DNA of 64,000 bases from Rhodosorus marinus CCMP1338 (lineage: Eukaryota > Plantae > Rhodophyta): positions 2,666,001-2,730,000 of the forward strand of contig JAMWBK010000002.1 of NCBI GenBank assembly GCA_029953675.1. Reading direction: 5' to 3'. The position numbers and the translations under genes are program-made. Position 1 is the first letter of the stretch. Every line of letters starts with the position of its first letter. This document shows, in pieces, positions 1-12,118 of the stretch. Under the pieces are notes generated by a model, which had not been told where the DNA came from, did no database searches, and saw only the letters and a program-made list of their open reading frames with translations.

Positions 1-2296
1 GAGTCGAGGTGTAGCTTCTGCATGGCCTTTCCTAGCACACGCTCTTCCAGAGTATTCTCGCTAATAAGCCGATACACATTCACTGGTTTTTTTTGTCCAA
101 TACGATGCGCCCTATCCATAGCTTGAAGATCCGCCTATTGAAGCATTATGCGCGATAAAGTTAAATATCTTGTGACCTGCTCAGTCATAATGGAGATTCT
201 CATACCTGAGGGTTCCAATCCGAGTCGTACAGAATCACAGTATCCGCGGTAGCCAAATTAATCCCCAATCCACCGGCTCTTGTGGATAGCAAGAATACGA
301 ACTTGTCCGAACCGGGTCTGTTGAACTCTTCGATCTGAGCGTCACGGGATTCGCTGTCCGTCGAACCATCAATTCTGCAGTACTTGAAGCCCCTCATTCT
401 GTCGCAACAGTAGTCCTCCAGAATGTCCAGGACACGGGTCATCTGACTGAAGACTAGGACACGATGTCCAAGCGGCTTGAGGCGGGTCAAAAGCTTGTCC
501 AGGAAATTCAACTTTCCGCAGCCCTCAACTAGATGTTCTCCGAAAGGATCCAAGGATCTGTTTTCGCAGGGGGAAGGTACAGCGACGACAAGTAAGGACA
601 CGATCAAAAGGGGGTCTCCACTTTGGATTCCATACCTGTCTTCGACGCCATCGAAAAGGTAAGGATGGTTGCAACACTTTCTAAGCTGCATAAGAATGTT
701 CAGAAGGCGGACGCGGTCACCTCCGGTGAAATTGATCGCATCTACATCCTTCTTCAAGATGTTTCTGTAGAGGTCCTCTTGGAGCTTAGTCAGCTTCAAA
801 TAGAGCACGGTCTCCTTTTTCGGTGGAAGGTCAGTCTCCACATCAGATTTCAAGCGCCGGATCAAGAACGGTCGAAGTACAGCGTGTAACTGGTGCACAA
901 GCTGCTCAGAGCGACGGGGTACAAGACTTCAGCTTCCAAACCAAAAACTCATCCATGCTCAAGGAGGAAATTTTATCGGCGCACGAGCTTACCTCGTTTT
1001 TAGGCTCTGTTCTATCAGTCCCGGGAGGACCACCTTCAACCGACGAGAACAAGCTGTCAAAGTCGGCGGACGAGGAAAATATGTCTGGCAGTAAGAAGTT
1101 CAGCAAGGCCCACAATTCGCGGAGATTGTTCTGTAGTGGGGTTCCAGTAATCAGAAGGCGGTTCTCGCTCTCAAACATGCGGACCATTTGGGATAGTATC
1201 TAGAGGTAGAAAAGCGAAGCAAATTAGTATGATCATGTGCCCAAGGCCGGCTCAGAGCATTTGAAAGATGTGCGCACTGAATTCTCGTTTTTGATTCTGT
1301 GCGCCTCATCAATAATCAAATACTTCCATACGAACTTCGAGAGAAGGTTCTTTTCCTTCGTAACCATTTCATAAGAAGTTAGGCACACGTCAAACTTGCC
1401 AGGCATCATCCTGTTCTCCCGCAGGTCCTTCCGCTCTTCCTGATTCCCGTGGAAACGGACAACGCTAATTTCCGGGCACCACCTCTCTATTTCCTTCTCC
1501 CAGTTGCCAAGAGTGCTTTTCGGAACAATAACGAGATGAGGCCCTACACAAAAACGCAAAAGGCATTTCTTCAGGAGATTGTGTGTGGCTACTAGACGAA
1601 AATTCGCTCAAGCGCGATCCCTCCTCGTCGAGCGTTCAGAGATCGGGAGAAACGACCTGGCTCGTTCTCAGGCCGGAACCTCAGGTTTTGATAACGTGCA
1701 CAGCCCAAGCTGGTATGCTGATTAGGCGAACAGCATACCGTTAATTTTCTTATGGAGCCTCAGGAATCCCAGCAGCGAAATGGTTTGCAGAGTTTTCCCC
1801 AACCCCATTTCGTCCGCCAGGATACCGTTCAGGCCTCTTTCGTATAGGCCAATCAGGAAGTTCAACCCCTCAACTTGATAGTTTCTCATCTTTCCTTCGA
1901 TGTTCGCGGGCTGTTCATTAAGCCTGGTAACCTCATCAGTCGATGCTTCGGCCTCGAGTAAAAGCGCATCCTCTTCAGCTTCTGTCATTCGACGGGGTGC
2001 CTGTGAGCATGAGGAGTGTAGATCATTTAGCGAATCCTTGTCAAGAAGCCCCTTACACTTGAGTACAAGCTGTCCAGATTTTGGGGTTCCACTCACCCCG
2101 GTACCTTCATCCACTAGCGATTTTCCCATGAAATGTCCGAATATCTTGGATTGAGACAGTAGATACTTAACCTTGTCCATCTACGAAAACGATTGAATAA
2201 ATTCTTCAGATACAATAATACCTCCTCGAACGGGCCATCTGAACATCTGCTCACCTTCGGATCGTCCAATTTGATTCTGTCATGCTCGACACCCAT
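1..2296 (-). CDS. ISWI: ISWI/SMARCA5-type SNF2 chromatin-remodelling ATPase (multi-exon; 3' end runs off the window start)
   Basis: Exons give [123 protein letters not shown] and, at 131-1, [18 protein letters not shown]-terminal [13 protein letters not shown] matches ISWI. Start at 2296 is approximate. Confidence 0.95.
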
Positions 2297-3036
2297 GTTG
2301 CTGGCTCTTGCTTGCAGCCCTGCGCAAAACTTCAATTCACGGCTTGACAATCCAGCCTGAGCGATGCCCTCAAGCTTAGACCATAAAAAACCTAGAATAT
2401 CAAGCGAAAGCTCCCGGCGGCGCTAAGTATAACAGCCAAGTCCCGTACCGCCAACTAAGTCCGGCACTCCCTTCCTCCCCCAACAGAGTCCAGCTTCAGC
2501 ACAAACGAGTGTATGGACCGCGGCAGCCCCCCAGTGCCTCTTTGATACTCTTTTATTATAAAATTCGTAAGCACAAAGCAAAGTCACTGAGATGCCTTCC
2601 ATGCGCTGTAGCTCCCGCTTCCCCACCCAGCGCTCTTCTACAAGAACTTAACCCACGCCCCGCTCTTCTTTGCAGGTGTTGAGCAGAAAGAGGTGCTTAA
2701 GAAGAAGACCCACCAACATGAGAGAATGAGACGGGTGTCAAAACATAATTTGATAGTATTCCGTATAGGACACGTATCTTCTGATAATTGGTTATATTTG
2801 CCGGGAGTTCGCAGCCGGTACGACTCCGTGAATGGAGAGAAGTTGGGACAGGCGTGCGTACATGGTTTGTTGCAAAACTGTAGCAGTTAGATCTAATTTG
2901 TCGAGGACGAGTACGGACAGGTGGTGTATATTTCTTGGATGGTCTTGACGTTTGGAGGGTAATAATTTGTCTAGAGCAGGTTTAATCATTTTTAGGAGGT
3001 TGGGGCCTTGTATGTAGTAGGCTGACTCTAGAGGGC

Positions 3037-4893
3037 CTATCTCCGCTTTCTTCCCTTGTCGCGCTTTTGTCCATGGGGTCCCCGATTGTTCCGAGAATCA
3101 AACTGCTTTCCACCACCTGGGTTAACGTCCTTTTTGCCATATTTGAAGTCCTTCACCTGCGCGATTGAACGAGGATAGTCCTTACCCAGGCGGACGCCGT
3201 ATTCCTCCAACTCGGAATCATCCATCTTGAATATTTGATGGCACATTCCCCCTGGAATCTGCTTCAACTCCGGGCACCACAGTTTCGTGAAAGTAGCGTC
3301 TCCATCGTACGTTTGGGCTTGCAGCACCATGTTGAATCGTCTCCCCCCTTGAGGATCACTTCCAACACCAGCGATGTACGCCCAATTTCCGTAGTTGGCA
3401 GCAACGTCGTGGTCTATCAGAGCGCTCTCAAAGTACTCCGCTCCTGCTCTCCAGTCCGGAAACGCGAGGTCGTGGATTAGGAAGGACGCCACGTTCTGAC
3501 GTAAGCGATTGCTCATGAAACCAGTGGCCCTCAGTTCTCTCATGCCCGCGTCCACAAAAGGAACACCGGTTTCGCCTTTAATCCATTTAGCAAGGTTTTG
3601 GATATCCTCATCCGAAGCGGGAACCTTCGCAAAATCGAGGTCTCGAGCAGCGCCCCAACTGGTCCCGCCGGAGGAACCACCTCTGTGTCGCTGTCCGAGG
3701 TTGGCTAGTTGCGAGTACCCTTTCCAAGCGAATAGACGAGTGTCCTCCTTCACCATCATCCAGCGGAAAAAATCTCTGGTAATCAGCTCAAATATCAACC
3801 AGTACGTGTTCTCGTCAGCTACACGTTCTTCCTCGTACTTCTTCACATTTGCGTGCACTCGTCGAGGAGAAATACAACCCAGGGCCAACCATGAAGACAA
3901 TTTCGAAGAGAATTCGGCTGTTCCAGATCCATTGCGGATTTCTTTGTACTTTCTTAGGAGATCTTGCTTCCAAATCCAGTTATCAATTCTTTCCAAAGCG
4001 GCATCTTCCCCACCCTTGAACTTTAGGACACTTCTTTCATCTTCTGGAGGTTGAACCTCATCAGTCAGAGAGTCGAGCGTCGGCATCGTACCAGCGTCAA
4101 CCTCCACGGAAGGTAGAGGTTTCAACTTCGTCAAAGATGGCAACTCTGGCCGAACGGATGCACTAACTTCGATTATTTTCCTGTACTGTGTGAACACTGG
4201 TGGCGTAGTGTTCTTTGGATTGAACGGTAAATCGCGCAGGTGGTGCAGTGTTCCTTCCCAAGCTAGTTTTAGTTCCGGAGGCCCCGATGGCCCTTCAATC
4301 TCGAGCAGGTTCCTCGTCAGCCTGTGCTCCACCCTGCGCTCCTCAAATGCAGCTTCCTTTGACGCCATTACTGTAACTGGGTTGTTTTCAGACTGGACAG
4401 AGCGTGCTAGCTCGGCGATCACTTCCTCGGGCTTCCCTACGCGAACAATAAGCTTGGACTGCAGCGACATCAGATTTTTTCTCAAATTTTCAACGGACTC
4501 TACCAGAAATCGAGTTCGTATGGGGCCGGTTTTGCTGAAACCCCAGAGCTGAGACTTCCCCGACTCGCTTCCAAAGAGCCTTGGATCAAACACGTAGACC
4601 GGAAGCAAAGCCGAGCCCGTGTTGGCCATTGTGAGTGTAGCATTGTCATGTAGTCGCAAGTCGTTCCGGAACCAAAGGATCACCGTTCCCTTTCCTTCAA
4701 GATCCTCTGCAGTCCTATCTCGCGGCAGGAGCATTTTTCTGTACATGCCCAATGCCCTGCGGAAGCTCCTCCGACCACAGGGATGCAAGGCGGAGACAAA
4801 GCATGCAAAAGGTGCTCGACCACTAACTACGGCAAGGCTCATTCTCTCCCACTTTGTATCGTTGCAAAGCGATACAGATTTGACCCTCGTCAA
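3037..4893 (-). CDS. CRY-DASH: Cryptochrome DASH (photolyase/cryptochrome family), intronless, with N-terminal extension
   Basis: ILWFRNDLRLHDN, SKLSSWLALGCISPR, FELITRDFF, GFMSNRLRQNVASFL, W..GAEYFES.LIDHDVAANYGNWAYIAGVGSDP..RRFN; the GVGSDP..R.FN pattern is the DASH-type signature. Confidence 0.9.
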   Translation of the reverse strand: MTRVKSVSLCNDTKWERMSLAVVSGRAPFACFVSALHPCGRRSFRRALGMYRKMLLPRDRTAEDLEGKGTVILWFRNDLRLHDNATLTMANTGSALLPVYVFDPRLFGSESGKSQLWGFSKTGPIRTRFLVESVENLRKNLMSLQSKLIVRVGKPEEVIAELARSVQSENNPVTVMASKEAAFEERRVEHRLTRNLLEIEGPSGPPELKLAWEGTLHHLRDLPFNPKNTTPPVFTQYRKIIEVSASVRPELPSLTKLKPLPSVEVDAGTMPTLDSLTDEVQPPEDERSVLKFKGGEDAALERIDNWIWKQDLLRKYKEIRNGSGTAEFSSKLSSWLALGCISPRRVHANVKKYEEERVADENTYWLIFELITRDFFRWMMVKEDTRLFAWKGYSQLANLGQRHRGGSSGGTSWGAARDLDFAKVPASDEDIQNLAKWIKGETGVPFVDAGMRELRATGFMSNRLRQNVASFLIHDLAFPDWRAGAEYFESALIDHDVAANYGNWAYIAGVGSDPQGGRRFNMVLQAQTYDGDATFTKLWCPELKQIPGGMCHQIFKMDDSELEEYGVRLGKDYPRSIAQVKDFKYGKKDVNPGGGKQFDSRNNRGPHGQKRDKGRKRR

Positions 4894-5813
4894 TCTTCAT
4901 TACCGTCCAAAGCGTCCAGCAATCATTTTTGAACCATGTCCAACCTTCCCAGAGCTTCCCAAGCCTTCGAGATGTCTATCGATTTCCTGCATACCATTCG
5001 TTTCGCTGCTACTGAAAACTTCCCGTCCTATATTGACTGACTATAATATATGATTGGCCAACAACGATGAGGCATCAATCATTTTCAAGCTATTGTACTT
5101 GAGCAGAATCGATGGTCGAAAACCTTCTCCTTCCCTTTTGCTGGTTGTAATCGGGACTATGGAAGAGGCATCAGAGATACGACACAGACCTAAGGATGGC
5201 GGGTCTGCATCCTACATGTCCGCTTTTGAAGCAGCAGAATGTGGTACAGTGTGATGGACAGAAGAAGCCTGTTTGGTCGTGTTCATTTTGTTTGAACGAG
5301 GAGAAGCCTGCGTATTCACGGTTCCTGCACGCTGTTTGTTTTGAATTCTACATATTGGAACAGTAGTCTGTCCTTCAGAGATTAGACTGACCCACGATGA
5401 AGCCGTCCCTCATGCATGTATTCCCAGTTAATACTCGCAGTAGCTCCTTTTATAAGAATCCTTTGCATCTGTGAGACATCCACGAACAGAATAAGTGAGG
5501 GATTTCAACAGGAACAGGACGTGGTACCTCTTGACTTTCTCCGCCACCACACCCGCGCTAGGCTACCTTACAACTGCTTTCGGAATAATGAACAGTTTAG
5601 GAAACTTCAACCAATAATTGCTTGAAAATTGATTTTGTTTTTCCTATTTTGGTCAAATTTAGGACTCTAGTCCGTTTTACGCTAAGTGCGGACCTAATTT
5701 CATGAACATGTTGGCGATGTTGAAGTGGTTGGAATCTGCGACTTGGGGGAAGCTTTTGCTATGCAGATTGCGGACGAGATGTTTGCTGAAGCTTCTGAAT
5801 GTCTGATAGAATA

Positions 5814-8260
5814 ATGGATATTCAGAGGGCTGTCACGACATACGCGCAGCAGATGCTGACTTCGATTGATGGAATCAAGGCATTGCTGCTCGACGACGAA
5901 ACGGTGAGAGAATCAGCTAACATCTTCTGTGGTTCCCTCGTGGAATCTACGTGTAGACCAGGTGTTCTCCGTTCTTTTTCCTGATAAGCAACGATCTGGA
6001 TTCGAACTCCAAGAACCATCAGTCAACTACTTTTCGCCATGAGTCCGCCGAACGGATTTTGAACCACGATCGTCTGGAAAACGACTGTTGCTAACTGGGC
6101 ACTCTCTGACCATCTGCAGGCTGGGATTATCGGACTGGTATCTTCCCAAACTGAGATTACTCAGCACGATGTTTATCTGGTCGAGCGGCTGAAGGCAAGA
6201 GAGAAGGGAGATGAATCGCAAAGACATATCAAGGCAATTGTATTCGTCAGACCCACTGCTGAGAACACCATACTATTAAGGAAGGAGCTGGCTAGCCCGT
6301 CGTTTGGTGAGTACTACATTTATTTTTCGAACACCATTCGACGGACACTGCTCGAGGACCTGGCAGATGCAGACGTCCACTCCAAAGTGGTTGAGGTGAA
6401 AGAGTACTTTGCGGATGTGTACTCCCTAATGCCACATCTCTTCCATCTAAAAGTTAATCCTTGCGTCGGGGCATCAAGAGTACGCTGTCATTTAAGATCT
6501 ATCGTTGTAACCCTTGCTCTCGGCATCTCACCTCGTTCATTCTTCGGTTCTCCCGGATGCGCAGTCTATGTCCCAGAGTTCTCAATTCGAACGAGTAATT
6601 GACGGCTTGTTCGCAGTATTGCTTGCGCTCAAGAAACAACCAGTGATACGCTTTGACGAATCTAGTCCGCTGTGTCGGTATCTCTTTCCCAATTTTTTCG
6701 AGAGTTTGAAAACTTCCATCGCCTCCCTAACAGTTGTCCCCTGGCTTTAGGAACATCGCGGAGCGTCTCAGCGTTAGAATCGACCAGGAGCGAAACCTTT
6801 TCAACTTTCAAGGCTCAAGTCAAGCGCCATTGCTTTTACTTCTTGATCGGAAAGAGGATCCTGTGACGCCTCTCCTAAACCAGTGGACATACGAGGCAAT
6901 GGCTCATGAGCTTTTGACCTTGAAAAACAACAGAGTAGTCCTGAATGAGAGCACTGGAGTGGGAAGCGGCGACGTCCGCGAAGTAGTACTCGACCAGCGA
7001 ATCGATGATTTCTACCGCCGCAACATGTTCCTGAACTTTGGAGAGCTGGGAGACAACGTAAAGCATCTGGTCGATTCTTTTCAGGTAGTTTGATACCACC
7101 TCAGTGGATGATTCCATTCACTCGTTCTGTTCGGTCCAAAATGAATGTCCACTCTAAGTTTTCACAACTCGATACGGATTTTAGGTTCAGCACAGATCGA
7201 CTGATCGACTTGACACTATCGATGACATGATGAAGTTCGTAGAAAACTATCCGGAGTTCAAGAAAACCAGTCACAACGTGTCGAAACATGTTACCTTGCT
7301 AAGCGAACTGAGCAAGATCGTCGACCGCAATCGGCTTTTAGATGTCAGCGAACTTGAGCAGGATATCGCATGCCGTGAAAGTGCGGTAGAGCACAAGGCG
7401 CAGGTTTGATTTTGCATAACATTAGCACGTCCGTTTTGAAGCAGACATCTAATATATCTTGATGCATCTTAATTGCAGGTTCTGAATTTCCTCAAAAGCT
7501 ACAAGGTGACAAAGGAGGACAAGCTCAAGCTCGTCCTTCTATACTCCCTTCGGTATGAGCGAGCAGGGGATATGCCCCTCGGCGCCCTGATTCAAGGTTT
7601 ATACTCAGCTGTAGGTTGACTCGCGAACCCAAAATCAGTGTTCTTGTCTAGAGTCGCTCATGGTAATCTGTTTTCCGCCTGCTCTGGAAATAGGGCCTGG
7701 GCTCGGATAAAGTTTCGCTAGTGAACGCCGTCACACAACAGGCAGGGGCATCTGCACGGCGAGGAGACGTGTTCAACAATCAATCCTTTCTTGCCAAGGC
7801 TAGAAGCTCGGTTAAACGCGGATTCGGTGGAGTCACCAATGTATATACACAACATGAACCGCTTCTTGCGTCAATTCTGGACGACACCATCAGGGGAAGA
7901 CTGAGGTTGGATGAATATCCAGTTGTACATGGAACACCAGCACAAACTTGCAGAGAAGTAAGTTCTCTCCTTAGCATACGGCAGGTTTGTTGACACCAGT
8001 GACTGATCCGTCTTTTAATGTGGGTGTTGAAGGTCGTTGTGTTCATCGCCGGAGGAGCAACTTACGAAGAGTCAAAATGTGTAGCGGAAATCAACGGATA
8101 TATTTCGGCAACGGCACAAGAGAACTCGTTCACGGCATCTGCAAGAGCAGCCTCGAAGATGAACGGAACCCGGATCATTTTAGGCGGTTCAACGATCCAC
8201 AACTCTGCCAGCTATTTGGAAGAAATCGCCAAGAAGCAGACCATGATGTCAACTAGCTGA
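5814..8260 (+). CDS. VPS45: Sec1/Munc18 family vacuolar sorting protein VPS45 (multi-exon)
   Basis: MDIQRAV..YAQQML..IDGIKALLLDDET, KAIVFVRPT, LLLLDRKEDPVTPLLNQWTYEAMAHELL, NMFLNFGELG, MMKFVENYPEFKK.S.NVSKHVTLLSELS, LLDVSELEQDIAC, VYTQHEPLL, VVFIAGGATYEE, ILGGSTIHNS. Confidence 0.95.
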
Positions 8261-10124
8261 TATGCACATGTACATAAAACTGCTCAGCTTGTTAATTACC
8301 AAACTATCTTTTGATGGCGCTGGCAACCCGACAGTCGGCTGGAATCTAAAATGGTGTCAAAACAGTTCGAACTTCGGATGACCATCCGCGGGTTCAATTC
8401 TCAATTCAATGCAAAGGATGGCCTCCAACAACGAGATGTGACCCTGGGCGCGACCCCGCTCGAATCCGTGAATTCTGTCCTCAACGCTCCTCCCTCGGAA
8501 GTGGATCAAATGCCAGTCAACGTTCTGGAGCGCCTGCCTTGACAACAGACTCGCTTCAACACGACAAGAACAAATACTTAAAAAAAAGAAGCTATTCAAG
8601 CTCTGAACCAATCCGGGACAACCCTGGCTCCTCTGTTCGAGACTAATTCAGTGAGGAAATGTTCTCAAATCTAAGTTGCCCATCCCTATTAATCTGTTCG
8701 GGAGACATATTTTCCTGATCAAATTCTTGATAATAGAAATATGATCATATTGTGAAACTCCTACAGTCTAAACCTAATCCGCCAGATAAAAAAAATAAAA
8801 ATGAACCGGAACACTCAGTACGAGGGAAATCCACATGGCCATTATTCCGAGAAGACTTGAAAGAAAATAATTGTTTCCGGGCCTTTTTGGAAGCGTCCCC
8901 TTTTTCGTGTACCTAAAAAGCAGCTTCATCATATTTAATTAATAAATTATTGTCCCGCCACTCCGCGAGGGACGAAGGTTCCGTGTTTTTTCTATCCTTT
9001 TTCAAATACGCCGGGCTAACCCTCGCAAAAATATCGTTTTTATTTTAAGAAATTCTAGTGTGAGAGATAGAATATGCTTTCCAATACTCGATGTTGGCCA
9101 CTTTCACGAAAGGGCCAATTCATCCTATACATGGCAATGCTTTCAAATATTTCATTAATTTATTTAAATATATGAAAAGAAATAGCGAATCAGTATCGTT
9201 ACAGGAGATTAATTTGAAAAAAAAAAGAGATATACCAATTGAATATCCTTCGAAGACATGTTACAAAAAACGAAGGTGAGTTGCTCTAGCAGAACTGATG
9301 ACTGCCTTGATTCGTCAAGGGGGTTGGATATAGATTAGCTATTCAGATTGGGACTTCTTCAACAAATTAACCGGGGTATATGTTTTCGAGGATAAAAAGG
9401 GTAAACTGATTTTATTTATCAAAATTGAATCAAATGAAATATGATATTTAATTTTTGATGCCCCTAAATTTTGGGTTTACTTGAGAACTGATAAAGAGGC
9501 GAGGAGGAGGAAAGGGGGGGATAAGAGGATGAGGGTAGCTGCTGCTTCTTGGGTTTGAAAAACGTGATGGCTCATTGGGATGGTGTTTTAACTTCATTTG
9601 AAAAAATTCTGCAAAGTGGAGAAGAAAAAACATTTCTCTTCTTTCAATTATACAGAGATTTCTTGTTTGTGAGGGGAAGGGGGGTTGGGGAGAGAGGGAG
9701 GTTAAGGCTTATAGATCTGCCGAGGTTGAAGGAATAGGTTTGCGTTGAGTTTCGAGTTGTTGTAGCAGTAAGAGAGGACGGGGGAAAAAAAGGCGCACTC
9801 TCTTTGTTTTTCTTTTTCTCGGGAACGTAGGGGTTTGTGTGGGGGTGCTTCACATCTTTTACGTGTCTTTTTTTTTTTTTTTCGTGGGGTCATCTTTTCG
9901 TCTGTTTTTCTTCAGGTTTGGGGCTGCCTTTTGTAGTTGTCATTTTCATGTTGATGTTCCAGGTTTTCGCTGAGAGCGAGCTTCGCATTTCCAGTTGAGA
10001 ACCTGGAGCAGAAGCGTTCGGCGTTGCTACTTTTTATTTGCGGTGATCGCTGTGGGACTTCCCCGCAGCGGTGCTTGGGTTGTGTAGGATTGTAAGAAGA
10101 AACCAGCCGATTGTTCATACAGAA

Positions 10125-11910
10125 ATGATTAGGGTAAGCTCACCCGAAGCTTTCACGCCGAACTACTCCAACTGACTGTTGCCCTAAACTGCTTGTCCTA
10201 CCACTGTTTTCCTGTTCCTCTTTCAATTGGGAAGAGTGACATGTACAGGGGTCCTAGATCCGATTCAGTAGCGGACGCGGAAGCATTTCGTCTTGAAAGC
10301 TTCGGCTCTGCTGTCAATACAATTCTCGTTGCTGCTAAGTCTAGCTCTCGCATCACAGGCTGGCAAGGTGAGCAGCGATTGAGCTCAGTTCTATCTCCGG
10401 TGGGAACTCCGAATACGGATCCCAGGGTCTTCAAAGACGGGGAAGGACACCAATGGGCGGACTCAGTCCCATCCCCGCTGGAAACGCCAAAGCTGGGCTC
10501 AAGGATCTTCACAGACGCGGAGCAACAGATACTCAAGGAGACTTTTCGACAGGACCCATACCCACCGCGAAAGAGGCTTCGAGAGCTTTCTGACAATTTC
10601 GAGAAGCCCTTGTACAAGGTGAAAACCTGGTTTAACAATCGTAGAGCGAAAGTTAGGAGATTGGCGAGTGCAGACAGGGGGGACGGCCAGGTGCCCAATA
10701 ACACGGTTCACAGAGAGATGGTCGATGGTGGCGCAGTGGTCGGGAAGAAACCGATCACGGGGGCTGGTTCAGTCGTCAAACCTGACCCATCTTCCCTGGG
10801 ATCGCCTTTCACTCCAGCAAATACAACGACTTCAACCCCGCTGCTCATTCCTAATAACCGACGACAACGACTAGTGCCGGATAAGACACCACCCCCAACA
10901 ATACTGAAAGGGTCAAGCCTATCTATTGGGAATTGGACTTGTACCGGTTGTGAGGGAAAGGGTGCGACTACTTCTCTCGCTAATCCTTCTACACGAGAAC
11001 TGAAATGGCTCTTTGGTGTGACTGTGTCAATTTGCAGACAGCGAAGCTCTAGGCGATGGCCTCGAGGTAAAGTTCCTCTACGGAAGAAGAAGGGTTGTCT
11101 ATGAATTCTGTAGCGCCGAGAGCTTAGATGTTGCTCTGGAGCGCGGGGGCCCATTCAGCAAGGTCGATGTCCTTTTTGATAACATTGAGAAGCTCAGCGT
11201 TGAGACCAAGACCCCGAATACTGGAATTAGGTTAACGCTGAAATCCGATCCTGACATTTACGCGCAAGAACCCAGTAACTTCGCCGCGTACAAGTCTCGC
11301 AAGAAGCAGCGACAATACATAAGGAGCCAAGATGCGACTCTACTAAGCATATTTAGCCATGCTAATGAACATTTCATATCAATGGATCAATCCCGAGGGG
11401 AGGCGATCAGAGAAAAGCTCGTACAACTGGAGCCAAGATTTTCGAGGATGATCTCGCAGGTGGCCCCTAGCACTGGCATAGTATGTTGGTCCCCGTCAAC
11501 TTACTCAGAAAAGGGGTTTTGGACGCGAGAGACTAACTATCATGCTACTGGCTTCTTTTTAGGCGCCCACTTTGGAATGTATTACCCCGCGTAGCACTCA
11601 GGACCGAAACTCACTTCCAAGATTTGCCCTCGAGCCCCAAGACGATGTCCGGGCTCGAAGGACTTTGGACTTTGCGGAAACTCCGGACGGTCGAGGTTAT
11701 TCAGTTTTGGCGAAACTCCCGCCACTTCCCCAAGAGTCTGCTGGCTCCGCTGCAAGTATTTATTCGACTAGGAGCGCGCCTTCTTTTTCGCGCATGCCCC
11801 TGCTTCCGCCTCTGACCCCACTGATCGCTTTGACCTCGTCCGCGCTGAAACAGAACGAGAATCAAAGCCGACCTGGCCAAGTACCTTTCATGCTGAACCA
11901 CCTTGACTGA
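10125..11910 (+). CDS. Homeodomain protein with a downstream PH-like region resembling fungal HOY1/Yox1-type factors
   Basis: RIFTDAEQQILKETFRQDPYP....LRELS......YKVKTWFNNRRAK is a homeodomain. After an intron near 11016-11126 the frame continues DVALERGGPFSKVDVLFDNIEKLSV...IRLTLKSDPDIYAQEP...EKLVQLEPRF. A short first exon ATG ATT AGG|gtaag at 10125 is inferred. Confidence 0.8.
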
Positions 11911-12118
11911 AAAGTTCGGAGGGTTGGCGCGCTACGTCATGCCTTATTGGATCTGATGAACAGTCTCCTCCTGCGTGGTTTGCTTGTGGTGCTTTTCATT
12001 TGCGGAGATCGGTTCGTGCTATGTATGATCAACATAATATCAAATCCCCGCAGCCGGGACTCCATAAAGACTTTACTGTAAATGTCCAATTTCGCTGTTT
12101 CCGCGCTCTTGCTGATCA

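Noticed and set aside
3235-4552. Plus-strand ORFs of 81-181 aa opposite CRY-DASH (similar shadows opposite the homeobox, CS, NT5C and COP1 genes)
   Set aside because: Antisense shadows of real coding sequence with no recognisable motifs.
8391-8400. GGTTCAATTC, a tRNA T-loop-like motif
   Set aside because: Flanks do not form a T-stem, acceptor stem or cloverleaf.
9295-9410. TGATGA, a UUCG hairpin (9305-9320) and a downstream CTGA, suggesting a C/D snoRNA
   Set aside because: Box C lacks the leading purine, there is no terminal stem, the UUCG closing pair is A-U, and no rRNA guide complementarity could be shown.
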